Below, one piece after another: positions 34,585-46,839 of a DNA stretch of 64,000 nucleotides (position 1 is its first letter; each line of letters starts with the position of its first letter). The notes under the pieces were generated by a model, which saw only the letters and a list, made by a program, of their open reading frames with translations, searched no databases and was not told the origin of the DNA. This DNA comes from Lama guanicoe (Eukaryota): positions 12,108,698 to 12,172,697 of the forward strand of contig MU056960.1 of NCBI GenBank assembly GCA_013239625.1, in the 5' to 3' direction. A program made the position numbers and the translations under genes.

Positions 34585-37500
34585 TTTTTGTTTATTAACT
34601 GTTCTATTGATATATAAAACATAAGTGCACAAATTGTTCATTTAAATGATGAACATTCAGAAAGAAACTGCACTCCATGTAACCATAAAGAAATTAATAT
34701 TCCTAGATGCCTCCCCACCCCCCCAAAAAAACCAACTCCCATTTACTCTTTTTTATCTGGCTTCTTCCATTCAATATTAGGTGTATGAAATTAATCAATT
34801 TGTTTGATCTGGTAATCGTTCACTTTCACAGTTGAGAGTATTTTATTATATCAATATATCATGATGGATTTGTCCATTCTTCTCCTGACGAAAATTTAGG
34901 CTGTTTCCAATTCTGGCTATTTTTTAAAATGCTATTATGGACATTTTTGACTGTGGGGATAAGAGTCCACATTTCTGTTGAGGATGTATTTAGAACTGGG
35001 GTTGCTGGGTTATAGAGTTACTGTATGTGGCTTTAACAGTTTTTTGTCAGAGTCTTCCAAAGGAGTTAACTATGTACACTTTCAGTAGCAATGTACCAGA
35101 GTTCTAGCTCATCTACTTTTTCCATTACCAATGCTTGGAGTTGTCAGTTTGTTGGGTTTGGAGGTTTTTTAAATGTATCTTAGCCTTTCTGATGGGTGTT
35201 TGGTGGCATATTGTTTGTTTCCATTTGCATTATTCTGATGAGCACGTTTTATGTGTTTATTGGCCATTTGTATGCACTCTGCTGTAAAGTGCCTATTTGA
35301 GTTTTCTGCCCATTTTTTGTGGGGTTTTAATCTTTTTTTGTTAATCTGTAGGAGTTCTTTATATATTCTGTATGTGAGTTCTTGGTCAGTTATGGTAACT
35401 CATTCTATAGCTCCCTTTTTCATTCACTCAGTGATTGTTTTTTTTTAGTTGAAGGATAGTCGGTTTGCAATGTTAATTTCTGGTGTATAGCATAATGATT
35501 CAGTTATACATATATATCTATCTATAGATAGATATATATATTCCTTTTCATATTCTTTTTCTTACAAGGTGTTGAATATAGTTCCCTGTGCTATATAGTA
35601 GGAACTTTTTGTTTGTTTTATTTATAGTAGTACCTGCAAACCCCCAATTCCCATTTTATCCCTCTACCCACCCTTTCCCCTATGGTAACTGTAAGTTTGT
35701 TTTCTATGTCTGTGAATCTGTTTCTGTCTTGTAAATAAGTTCATCTGTGTCATTTTTTTGGATTCTGCATATAAGTGATATCAGATGATATTTTTCTTTC
35801 TTGTTCTGGCTTACTTCACTTAGAATGATGATCTCCAGGTCCACCCTTGTTGCTTCAAATGGCATTATTTTATTCTTTTTTATGGCTGAGTAGTATTCCA
35901 TTGTGTGTGTGTGTGTGTGTGTGTGCATGCATGTGTTTGTATAATATATATATCATAACTTCTTTATCTATTCATCTGTAATGACATCTTTTGATGAAAC
36001 AAAGTTCTTAATTTTATACAGTTCACTGTATCATTTCCCCCTTTATAGTTAGTAGGTTTTTTGGCTTAAAAAGTTCTTTGTCTACCCTTACCATGAAGAT
36101 AGTAACCTGTTTTTTCTAAAAACATTTTTGTTTCCCTTTATCATTTAATTGCAATACTGTTTGGAAGTTTTTTGATATGGTTTAAAGTGGTGTTAAGATC
36201 ACTATTTTTTTTCCATATACATAAAAAATTAACCCAGCTCAAAATAATAAGACCTTTCTTTCTCCATGTCATTTTCCTCTTTCATATATCAGAAGATCAC
36301 TATATCTAGGCCTTTTTCTACTCTCGTTCCTTTGTTCTATTTTGCCTTGAACCAAAACATTGCATTAATTATAGGGGCTTTGCAATAGGTCCTGGTACCT
36401 GGAAATGTAAGTCTTCACACTTTGTTTTTCTTCAAAGTCATCTTAGTTGTCCTTGGCCCTTTGTGTCTTCCTATGACTTTTTACCAAAAAAAAAGCTTCT
36501 CAAATCCCACAATAAGCTTGTTGAGTTTTTGACTGAGGTTCTATTAAAACTTATAGATCAGTTTTAGGAGAACTGATGCCTTTACTGCTACAATGCATTA
36601 ACATGGTCCATCCCCAATTTATTTAAATTTTCTTTAATTTCCTTCAGAGATATTGGCAGTTTTCTAATATACTGGTAATAAATTTCTGCTTCTCAGATTT
36701 TTGTCTAGGCATTTTATATTTTTTACTATAATCAGTATTTTAAAAATTTTATTTTCTAGTTGTTTGTTGCTAGCACAAAGAAACAATAGTTTTTTTCACA
36801 TATTGTCTTCGTATCTAGTGGTCTGGTTAAATTCACTTATTAATTTTAATAACTTATCTGAACAGATTTTTGGATTTAAAATCAACTATGTTATCTGTGA
36901 ATACAACTTTTATTCTTTTTTCAGTCCTTATGTCCTTAAATAATGATTTTTTTTCTTGCCATATTGCAATGGCTAGGAACCACAGTACAGTGGTGAATAA
37001 AAGTGCTGATTATGCACATCCTTGTCTCATTTCTGAACTCTAAAGAAAATTGTTTATAGTTCAACACCAAGCATTATATTCATTATAGCTCTTTTTGTCA
37101 TGCTTCTCTTATATGTTAAGAAATTCTAACTTCTATTTCTTCTTTCTTAAGATTTTTTTTCCTTTTCATAGCACATGTGAAATTTTATTAGTTATGAGTT
37201 TTATTAAATGCTTTTTCTATGTCTAATGAAATAATTATAGTATTCCCCTCTTTATTGTCAATGTAGTGAATTGCGCTGACTGATTTTCCAATGTTAAGCT
37301 AACCTTGCATTCCAAGAATAAACCCAATTTAGCATGATACTGTCCTTTTTATATATTGCTGTATTTGATTTGCTAAAACTTAAAAAAATAAAATTTTATG
37401 TTCACAAAAGTGATTATACATGATTTTTTTTTCTTTCAGTATCATGAAAATGGCTGAACATGAATTTTCCTTTCTTTTGGTAGCAAGATTATGCTGGCCT

Positions 37501-37810
37501 CATAGTAAGTTAGGAAGTGTCCCAACTTTTTCTATTTCCTGGAAAGATTTGCGTAACAATGGTATTATTTCTTTCTCAAATGTTTGCAAGACTTCACCAC
37601 CAAAGGCATCTAAGTCTGCAGTTTTCTTTGTGGAAATATTTTTAATGAGAAATGTTGCTTCTTTATTAGATGTAGGTATCTTCAATTTTATACTTCCTCT
37701 AGTTTCAACTTTTGTAAATTGTGTTTTCAAAAAAATCATCCCTTTTTTCTAAATTGTCAAAGTTATTTGCAAACTGTTCACTTTATCCTCTTACTAACAT
37801 TTAATGTCTA
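34585..37810 (-). mobile_element. Old L1 (L1ME/L1MC age): about 2.7 kb of decayed ORF2 + 3'UTR, interrupted by a younger L1
   Basis: ORF 37500-37739 (IKNISTKKTADLDAFGGEVLQTFEKEIIPLLRKSFQEIEKVGTLPN) is homologous to L1 ORF2 LPTKKSPGPDGFTAEFYQ...LFQSIEKEGILPN; T-rich antisense L1 throughout. Confidence 0.88.
35437..35980 (-). mobile_element. 5'-truncated artiodactyl-type L1 nested in the older L1
   Basis: ORF 35704-35928 TMEYYSAIKKNKIMPFEATRVDLEIIILSEVSQ...; same 3'UTR type as 7002-7461; (TG)n at about 35902-35925. Confidence 0.92.
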
Positions 37811-37887
37811 AGGGATCTTTTTAGCCCTAATGTTGATCATGAGTTATCATTCTTTGATTCAAACATTTTTGGGGATTCTTGTTTGCT

Positions 37888-37910
37888 TATTATTATTATT
37901 ATTATTATTT
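37888..37910. repeat. (TTA)n microsatellite
   Basis: Directly visible. Confidence 0.9.
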
Positions 37911-38534
37911 TTAGTCCACCTGTTCTAGTTATTCTTGGCAGAAAGGGTGGTCTGATGTAAGCAACTCCATCACAGCAGAACATGATAGCTGGGCCAGGCC
38001 ACATTTTAGCACTCAATGTTCCAAGGAGATGACCTAGCAGAAAGCAACTCCCTAGGGAAAAAGAATGTGTCCCACAGAATGTAACCCGAAGGTCTCCCTG
38101 AAGTCAAAGACTCTTCATATTTTGCTGTAAATCCTCAGGGGCTAGCCTACCACTTTGTGAGCTCTCAGTAAGTGTTTGCTAAATTTATGAACAAAAGAAA
38201 GAATAATGGCAGACTGACTTGCCACCCTAGGGGGCCATGTACATCCTGCAGCACAACAGCAAGTCTTTCCAATCTGGAAAAGGCCAGCAGCCAACTGTAG
38301 GCTGACATTTGTGCAAAAATCACCAGCCATCAGGAACGACAGATTTCACGAGGGTGATTCAACATGGGATCGGAACATGGCCTACTCAGCCTGACTTTTG
38401 ACAGGTGAGTTCTTTCAATGTGCCTAACCAGAGTCAAGCAACCTCCTTCCAACCAAGTGTCTACACTTGAGTCTACACTTCATTCCTGGAGGAGAGGAGC
38501 CACACGTTGTTCTTTTATTCTGTAACAAAGAGTG

Positions 38535-38900
38535 AAACACTAGAAACAACCTAAATATCCTTCAACAGAACTGGCCTGACAATGAATATATTCATGCAAT
38601 AAATTGCTATTCACTTACTTTAAATGACAGTGAGGAAGAATATTTAACGACATGAAAAAGCATCTGTGATCTACTGTTAAGGGAAATAAGCCAGCTACAA
38701 ATAAGTACAGTATGACTGCATTTTTGTTTTAAAAAAAAGAAAGGCTGCATATGCATAGATAAGTGTTCTGTATAGATACCAAAATATTAATACGATTATC
38801 TTCAGATCATGAGACTATAGCTAACAGAAGTTTTCTTCTTTGACTTGTCTACAATGGATAAATGTTTTATAAAAATATTTCTACTTAGGAACAGTAATTT
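38535..38900 (+). mobile_element. Old L1 (L1ME4/L1MC5-like) 3' end
   Basis: ctagaaacaacctaaatatcc...tatattcatgcaa...aagccagctacaaataagtacagtatga. Confidence 0.7.
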
Positions 38901-39619
38901 TCAACATTTCTTCCTTAAAAAGTGCCTTTCAATGCTTGTTCCACTGGAAGGAAGGGAAAGGTCCATTTTTGCAGCTTTCCAGGGATGAATTCACCTGCCT
39001 GCTGTTTTGGAAATAGAATGGCCTAGGGATGAGGGTTTTGAGGGCTGCTGCCAGCCTGGCTGATGGCAAGTGAGGCCACATGTCACTTTCCTGGACAGGA
39101 CGTGCCAGAGATGAGGAACAGAACCCCAGCCAGAGCAGCCTGTCCTGCTGAGCCCAGCCGGGAGGCTCTCTGCTCCCTGAGAACAGAAAAAACAGCCCTT
39201 CTGCTGTGACTCTAGTTGCTAGTTACCTGCAGATGTCTTAGCAGGTACCGGATCCGTACACAGTGCAGGCAGCAGGACCCAGGTTGTGGACAGCCGCGGT
39301 TTGCTCCCCAGCACAATTGCTGGCTGGGTCGCTCAGCTGCAATGGCTTTCCCTGGCTTCTCTGCAGACACAGTGCATTATTACGGTAACCACAAGAGCAC
39401 GTGGCCTCGCACCAGTTATTTCACTCTGCACAAGCTCTGTTTGCAAGGGATTTGCTCCACAGCAACTGATGTGCAGCACTTCTGAGAGCTGGTGGGGCAG
39501 TTTCTGAAGATCTCCACCGCAGGGCCTGGAGCGCCTCGTGTCCTCCTGACAGCCAGGCCCCCACCAAAGATCCTCCCTCACCAAGCTGCCATCACCTCTT
39601 GAGCCGCCAGTCTCTAGGG

Positions 39620-39932
39620 CCAGAGGGGCTGGGCTGGGCTGAATGCTGATTCTGCTTCTTACTAGCCATGTGACCTTGAGGAAGGCCGTTAACTTCTCTG
39701 AGCTTCACGTTGCCATGATACTAACAGTAATAGCTAACATGAACATGTATAAGTTTGCTTAATCCTCACTCCAGCCCCTGGAGGTAGCTGGCATACGGTT
39801 TGTTCCAATGCTGAGGAAGCAGAAGTAGAGATGACCGTGGAATTTCCCCAACTCATATCTATTCATTGACAGACCATGTGCTCAAAACCGGGTGCTTTTA
39901 GGGCATAGCCTGTTCCCTTGACACTACGCTAA
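39620..39932. mobile_element. Two MIR fragments (+ strand 39620-39715, - strand 39720-39932); the + copy resumes at about 40217-40315
   Basis: cttactagccatgtgaccttgagg...ttaacttctctgagcttc; taatagctaacat...taatcctcac; tacctcata...ggttgtcaagattaaa. Confidence 0.65.
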
Positions 39933-39944
39933 ACTGCTTTTCTT

Positions 39945-40206
39945 TTTTTTTTTGTAATTTTTCTTACAAAATTTTTCTTCTTTTTGCAAAGTAGATTTCC
40001 AGTTGTACCACCTAGGTTTCTTTTTTGTATTTTATTTTAATTAATTATCTTTTAGGGGTTTTTTTTGGGGGGGGAAGAGGGATATTTAGGTTTGTTTGCT
40101 TGCTTGTTTTGTTTGTTTATTTATTTTTAGAGGCAGTACTGGGGATTGAACCCAGAACCCTGTGCCTGCCAAGCATGCGCTCTACCACTTAAGCTATACC
40201 CTCCCC
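39945..40206 (-). mobile_element. Vic-1-type camelid SINE (tRNA-Ala derived) with a long 3' extension
   Basis: Minus strand reads ggggagggtatagcttaagtggtagagcgcatgcttggc...gggttcaatccccagtac (A and B boxes); 10-bp TSD tgcttttctt at 39935-39944 and 40207-40216. Confidence 0.92.
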
Positions 40207-41504
40207 TGCTTTTCTTAATAAAAATAACATTTACCTCATACCCTGGTTGTCAAGATTAAACGGATACTTTTTGAAGAAGTATCTGACAGGGTTTTGCAGA
40301 AAATAATTGCTCAGTCGACGCTTGAGAATGCATTTGTTAGTTAATTCTAACGTAGTCACAAAAAGGAAAAAAAACTTGATTCTACACCCACTCAGACACC
40401 AACTCTTCATCTCGTTGTCAAGACAAGGCGTCACTCTGTAGCAGCATCTTTGGAGCTGCCCTCTTCCCAGAGACGCCTTGGGAGCACGGCACCGCCTTGT
40501 CCTGGGACCAAGGGCAGGCTCAAAGGAAGAGACAGAGCAGGGCTTTGGGGAGCAGGAGAAAAGCAGGCAGGAGTTAGAAAGCTACATGCAAAGCAGGCTA
40601 AGGCTGGGGTCAGACTGTCCATCCTGCATGGCGTTGATGTGGCCCAGGTGAGCGCTGCCGCTGGCACTGACCACAGGTGGAAGGGGAGCAGGTAGAAGCA
40701 CAGATGCAGCTCAGGGGGGATTCCTCTGATGGGTGATAATTAACATTCCAATTGTCTCTCTCTTCCCTACTGTTTCTCTCCTAGTGAGTTCAGGGAGAAC
40801 ACGGAGAAGGGTATTGGCTAGTAAGTTAACATGGTAGAGATCAGCTGGGAGCCAACCCAAAGCCGACTCTTGCAGATGGTTGCATTAGTTGTGTTAGTAG
40901 TTGTATTAACCAGGACCCTTTATGTGACAACTAACAAGTAACCAAATACATCCCAGGGCCCCTTTCTGCGTGCAGCCCTGTCCAAAGAGACACAGTTCAC
41001 GAGCCCAAGGCATTGATTAGATCCCAACCTCTGCAAGCTCCTGTTGAGGAGCCCTGAAGAGTTGCTAATATATAAGCCAATGCAAGGCTTTTATATTTTT
41101 CAAGGGAGGGGGTGCTTTATTCTCATCTCCAATTCCCTCATATCTTTCAACTGTTTAAGAACTTTATCCTGAAAAAGCAAAAACAAACAAGCTTTCCAAA
41201 AGCCCAGAGAGACTGGCATTTATCCCTGCCTCTCACTCCTTGACTACTATCTACTCTGTCCACCGTCTTTATTCCCTGCTCCGCTAACACATCCTCACCA
41301 CCAGGGGGTGGGGGCACTCCCACATACCACCCACATCAGGATTGGATTTGGTGAACACAGAGACCATGGAAAAGTGGGGGGTGTCTCCAGCATAGCTGGA
41401 GTCCAAGGACACCCCTCTACTCTCCACCCAAAGAGGTGCTATCCCCTTTTCTCTTACTGTTTTATGTGTGGGTGACAACCTTCATGGAGAATTTCCAGTG
41501 AGTA

Positions 41505-42088
41505 AAATTCTCCATCGTGTCCCTGATGGAAACCAATTCAAACTGGGTTAATTAGAAAGGAAAAATTATATTGACTGATGTACTGAAACCACACATAGGC
41601 CAGGGTGATGCTGGCCTACACTGGGCCAGGTCCAAGGCCTAAGAGCATCAGAAATCAATCAATCAATCAGTCTCTCTCTCTCTCTCTCTCTCCTCCTCTT
41701 TCCCTACCCTTTTTCTTTCTCCCACCCCCTCTCCCTCTCCCATCTTTCCTTACTACGTACAATGCATATTGTCCCAGGAACTCTGTACTGTGTCTTTGTA
41801 CTTCTTGCTCAAAGAGTATGAGAGCTTCACACCGAAGGTATCCTTTCTTCCTCTAGGGGAGGAGTTAGATTGATCTGGTCTGCATCATGTGCCCACTGCT
41901 TGGAAGAATGACCGTGACCGTGGGGATAAAATACTGTGGTTGACTCAGCACGGGTTATAAACTCACCCTCCTAACAAGAGGTGACGGTATGGGTGACTAG
42001 CTCCCTGACCCCACTGAACCCAGAGGTGTGCTCTCCGAGAGAAGAGAGGTGCTGCCTGGGTCAACCGAGACAAAGCACTCGCTGCCAT
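41505..42088 (-). mobile_element. MaLR solo LTR (MLT1K/L-like) with internal (TCAA)n/(CT)n polypyrimidine tract at 41654-41750
   Basis: gaaaccaattcaaactgggttaa...tattgactgatgtactgaaa...tgatctggtctgcatcatgtgccca...tgctgcctggg. Confidence 0.65.
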
Positions 42089-42259
42089 GATGAATGCGGA
42101 AACTGCGACTTTTCAGCCCTGGGCTCTTTTACTGGGCTCGGTTTGGTAGGGAAAGGTATACATCCCTAAATGCCAGAGAGGTTCTGAAAACATCCACGTG
42201 GATCTTACTATTTCCTTACTCAAAAATTCTCAGTGGGATTCCACATAGACTGACTCTGC

Positions 42260-42750
42260 AAAAATATTCCTCTGCTTTGCTGGAAATCAAGCCACCCTCT
42301 ACAATTTGAGTCAACCCTCCCATGTTCTTGTTTAAACCATGCATTCCAAATAAGAGTGTTTTGTAAACACTCTTTGTAACATCCCATCTCTGAGCTTCTC
42401 ACTGTCGGCTTTCCTCTGCCTGGAATAACACTCAGTTCTCTACGTATTCACTCACCTCCTACCTGTCAGTGCCTTCCTTTGCCAGTTTACCTGAAACCCT
42501 TTAGATGACAGGAGGTCACCTCCGGCGGAGAGCAGCCCTCACTCCAGCCCCTGATGTTCCCTAGTTCCCCCTCCTCTGCCCCGCTCTGCTGCTGAAATCC
42601 CAGTGTGCCCAACAGCTAGTCACCACAGTGATAAGAGGATCCGTCCTTCAAGGGTGGGTCTCTCCGTACTGGCCACTAACCTCCTTTCTCCCTTCTGAAG
42701 TCCCAAAGCACTACTTTATGCCACAGGCTGAACTGCTGATTAAAAACAAA
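42260..42750 (+). mobile_element. L2 fragments
   Basis: ttcctctgcctggaataacact...ctcacctcctacc...aggtcacctcc. Confidence 0.5.
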
Positions 42751-44329
42751 ATTTAAAGCATCCACACAGGACCCCTCTCATTTTCAGTAATCATAAATAA
42801 TCACCACCACTATTGTAATTGTAACAGGTCTCAGTTCCCTTGCTAAGCTGGACAAACATCTGTGGAATGAGAAAATGACTGGGTGAATCGATGGAAACAA
42901 ATGCAAATAGTGAATATGTTATTCTCACATTGGAAGTCTTAGGATGGACATGTGTGCATTCTAAAAAAATTTTTTTAAATCTAGACATGTTTTTAAAAAT
43001 AAAAATTTCCAAACATCTGAGAGGACAACTGGTGGACACTCTGCCAATTCCTCAGCTTACCAGTGTCACTAAATTTATCAGTGTCATACTGTGTGTTCCA
43101 GGAAAGGTACTAATGTATCTTTTCAGGCTCATTTTGTCACCAGTGACAAAATGGTTCAGGGTTCATGAGATACAGGGCAAAGAGAGGAGAGACGAGCGAG
43201 GAGCCACAGGGAGGTACCAGTGCTGCTGGTGACCAGAGGTGTGTCTGGCTGGGAGTTGCTCCTGTTCTACTTATGGGAGTCAACATACAAATGCAGATCT
43301 CAGCGTCCCATGGAGCCTCAGGCTTGGTGAAAAGTATTCAGAACCACAAATGTCATGGTCCTCAAATGTCAAGGGTCTACTATAACTGCAATGTGCCTGT
43401 ACAATGCCTTGGATCTGGTAAGTGTCCAAAACATATTAAACTGAGCAAGTGTTCTATGTACATACTTCCATGAAATAAACAATTCACTGTTTATATCTTG
43501 AGATATAGGAATATACATACACACACTTATATAACATTTTAAATGTCATATATATGATTTCAAATGATCTCTAACAGGTTGGCTTTACTTTGAAACCTTC
43601 CATTGTACTTGGGTTAAAGATCTGATCATCTTTTGCTTGCATTCATGACTTCACCCAAGATCAGATAAAAAGGTAATGAAGCATTGTTAAGTCTATGTGG
43701 AAGAGTATTAGCTACCACAGGAAGCGTGCAATATTTATTCAAGTGTCTGTACTTCCATTTATGAATAGATAAGAATTAATTTTCAGCCTCCTCGGACCAT
43801 GAGCAGCAGACTTTAGTTAAGAGTTTTGGAACAGGCTAGCTTTGATGAGATGAGCTGCATTAAGCACAGACGACCAGCCAGGGAATTTGCTAAGCTGGGA
43901 TGGATTAATGCAAGCTGCCAGCACTAAGTTTTTACAAACTCCTTTCCTGATAATAACAGGGGAGAGTAGACACAGACTTGAAATTTCTGGCAGTAAAATT
44001 AGCTTTAACATATGACTCATTTTTTTTTCTTTCTAAACATAGAAAGGGGGAAGGGAAGAGCCACCAAAAATAATTTAGAGCCTCTTTTAAGAAGAAATGC
44101 AGACAGTAGTTGGCCAGCATGTCAGCACACCCGGCCTCTGTGTGGCGTCCTAGACCCAGGGTCTCCCCCCAGCCCCCGCTAAAGCATCATCGTGCACACC
44201 GATCGTAGACCGTTTCCCTTCCTGTATTCGAATCATTCTAATTCAGAAATCTAACATCAGCAGCATCACCTGGGGAAAAAAGGCTGCATGTGCTGGTTGT
44301 CCTACGTTGTGGGAGTCTTAGCTGTTAAT

Positions 44330-44540
44330 ACTGGAGCAGAGGACAAGTCACGTGGGTTTAGGGTTAGGCTCCAGCTCGGAGGTCTCATCCGTGTATGTTT
44401 CTTAACCTCTTTGTGCCCCAGTCTCCTTATTTGTGCAATGTGGGTAATGACACCTACATTGCAGGTTATGTAAAGATTAACATTCATAAACATATGGAAA
44501 TATATCTCGGTGCCCGACACAAAGGTAGTCAAGAAATACC
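44330..44540 (+). mobile_element. MIR SINE
   Basis: ttcttaacctctttgtgccccagtctccttatttgtgcaatgtgggtaatgacacctac...gtgcccgacaca. Confidence 0.75.
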
Positions 44541-45024
44541 AAGTTACACTCCTATTGATGTTATCTCTGAACTGTTTGACATGAAGACTCATTCTTGGTT
44601 ATAACTAATATATTAGATGGCGCTGAAAGTTCTAGCTGGAAAGTGGGGAAATGGTAAATTGGGGATTTGGCACCTTATAGGTGGAAAACAGCAGCGAGCT
44701 GCTACCTATGTTGGTGGAATTCACGGTGGCCTCAGTCACACTGGCTTCCCCTATTGGATACTACACTCTGTGGAGACCGCAGAATTATTCACACTGTGTT
44801 CATTCTCACCAATACTCTGAGGCAGTGGTGTCTACTTCTTTGATGGAAATTCAGATGAAAGGTCTTGTTCTTGTAGTGATCTGAAAAGGGTGGGCTTGAA
44901 AATTTTATCCAATAACCTATGTAAGCTTCTCTTCACTCAAAACAGGTCCCAATGGAAAGCCTCATTCCCCTTCCCTCCAGGTTTTTAGCTGGTGGGAGTT
45001 CTTTTAGTCTCTTCTTTGATTATT

Positions 45025-45056
45025 ACACACACACACACCCACACACACACACACAC
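45025..45056. repeat. Interrupted (CA)n microsatellite
   Basis: Directly visible. Confidence 0.9.
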
Positions 45057-45095
45057 CCTTACACAAATGCACAAAACCTAAGGAATTCTAGAATA

Positions 45096-46017
45096 CATGG
45101 TGCCCAACATCACTAAGAATTAGGGAAATGCAAATCAAAACCACAATGAGATACATCACATCCCACCTGCAAGAGTGGCTATCATCAAGAAGACGAGCAA
45201 TAACAAGTGTAGGTGAGGGCCTGGAGAAAAGAATATCCTTGTTCACTGTGAGTGGGATTTTAAACCAGTTCAATCACTATGGAGAACAGTACATAAGTTC
45301 CTTAAAAGATTAAAAATAGAACGACCATACCACCTGGCAATCCCACTTCTGGGTCTGTCCATCCAAAGGAAGTGGAAACAGGTTATTGAAGAGATACATA
45401 CACCCCCACAGTCACTGCAGCATTATTCACAATAGCCAACATACGGAAACAACCTAAGTGTCCATCAATGAATGAATGGCTCATGACGCGGTATATACAT
45501 ACAACAGAATACTATTCAGCCATGGGAAAAGGAAATCCTGCCACTTGCAACAACATGGGTGGACCTTGAGGACACTATGCTAAATGAGATAAGTCAGAGA
45601 AAGACAAATACTGATTGAAATCTCTTATATATGGAATCTTAAAAACAAAAACAAAAACAAAAAAAACAAAAAAACCCAAACATGGAGTGGAATAGTGATT
45701 CCCAAGGTCTGAGGTGTAAGAAGAGGAGGGATGTTGTTTAAGGATACATACCTGCAACTAGTAGCTAAATAACTCCTGGAGATTTAACACACAGTACAGT
45801 GAGAATAGACAACAAGACCATTATAAAAATTAAACTTGCTAAGAGACTAGATCTTAATTGTTTCCACCACTAGAAGGAAGGAATAATTATGTGATGCAGT
45901 TGAGGGGCTAGTTAATGCTACCGTATCAATCATACTGTGATATAAATGTATCAAATCAACATGTTGTACACCTTAAACTTACACCGTTACATGTCAATCA
46001 TATCTGAATTTTAAAAA
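45096..46017 (+). mobile_element. 5'-truncated L1 of laurasiatherian age (L1MA9-like 3'UTR)
   Basis: MQIKTTMRY ORF2 motif; 3'UTR ttgctaagagactagatctt...atcaaatcaacatgttgtacaccttaaacttac. Confidence 0.92.
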
Positions 46018-46839
46018 GCATATTAGAATATTAAAAACTTCTCTGATGTTGCAGCATGACACTGACTGCAGAAATAGGAGGAGACAGTGTCAGGGTTCAT
46101 TCGTGACCCCCACCCCACCATCCAGATCTTCACAGAGAGAACCCCTGAACCCCAGGGCCAGGAAAGAGCACCCCGGTTGGTTCCAAGCTGCTCTGCCTCG
46201 ACTCACACTCTAAGTTCTCTCCCTGCTTGCATCTTCCCACACACCCTCATTCACCCGGCCAGTTCCTAGCAACCACTGACACCCAGATCTGCAGCACCGT
46301 CCTGTCTGCTCTTCCTGCTCACAGTGACCACTCACTCTACCTTTCTCCTCCCCACATGTACTGCAATTGTCTGAGCTTGCTCTGTGCTCATCCCTGTGCC
46401 TCATGGGACACAGGCAATGACTTTAATGAACATCCTCTTTGGTTATGAGACCCCTCAGAATAGCTATTGCTAAAGCAATTATTGAATCTTGAAAGCAATC
46501 TCAAAACAGAGTTACATTTGAATGATGCAGGAAGTAGAAAAGGCCCCTTCAACTCACAATCAAATGTCATCTCATAGCTCCTTACTAAGGGATTAAAATG
46601 CCAGGAATCTTCTTTTCTGGGGCGGGGGGAGAAGGTCATACTACTTCTGCACAGCACCCCATTAACATGCATTCCACAAGGGCTCAGGGACACCCAGCTT
46701 TTTGCCTGGATTCTATATTTTTTATGATTCCACAACCCTCTGACCAGCTGTACCCCCTTCCCTTCCAGATGTCCAACCAGCTTGGTCCCTGCCCTCCCTG
46801 GGTCCATCCCCATCAACAACCCCACCAACCACTCACTAC

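Noticed and set aside
40130-40206. tRNA-Ala gene
   Set aside because: Mutated anticodon arm, A-rich tail and TSD show that it is a SINE, not a tRNA gene
43853-43916. Inverted repeat AGCTGCATTAA...TTAATGCAAGCT as a pre-miRNA or MITE
   Set aside because: About 11 bp of bulged stem with little further pairing and no TSD; too weak
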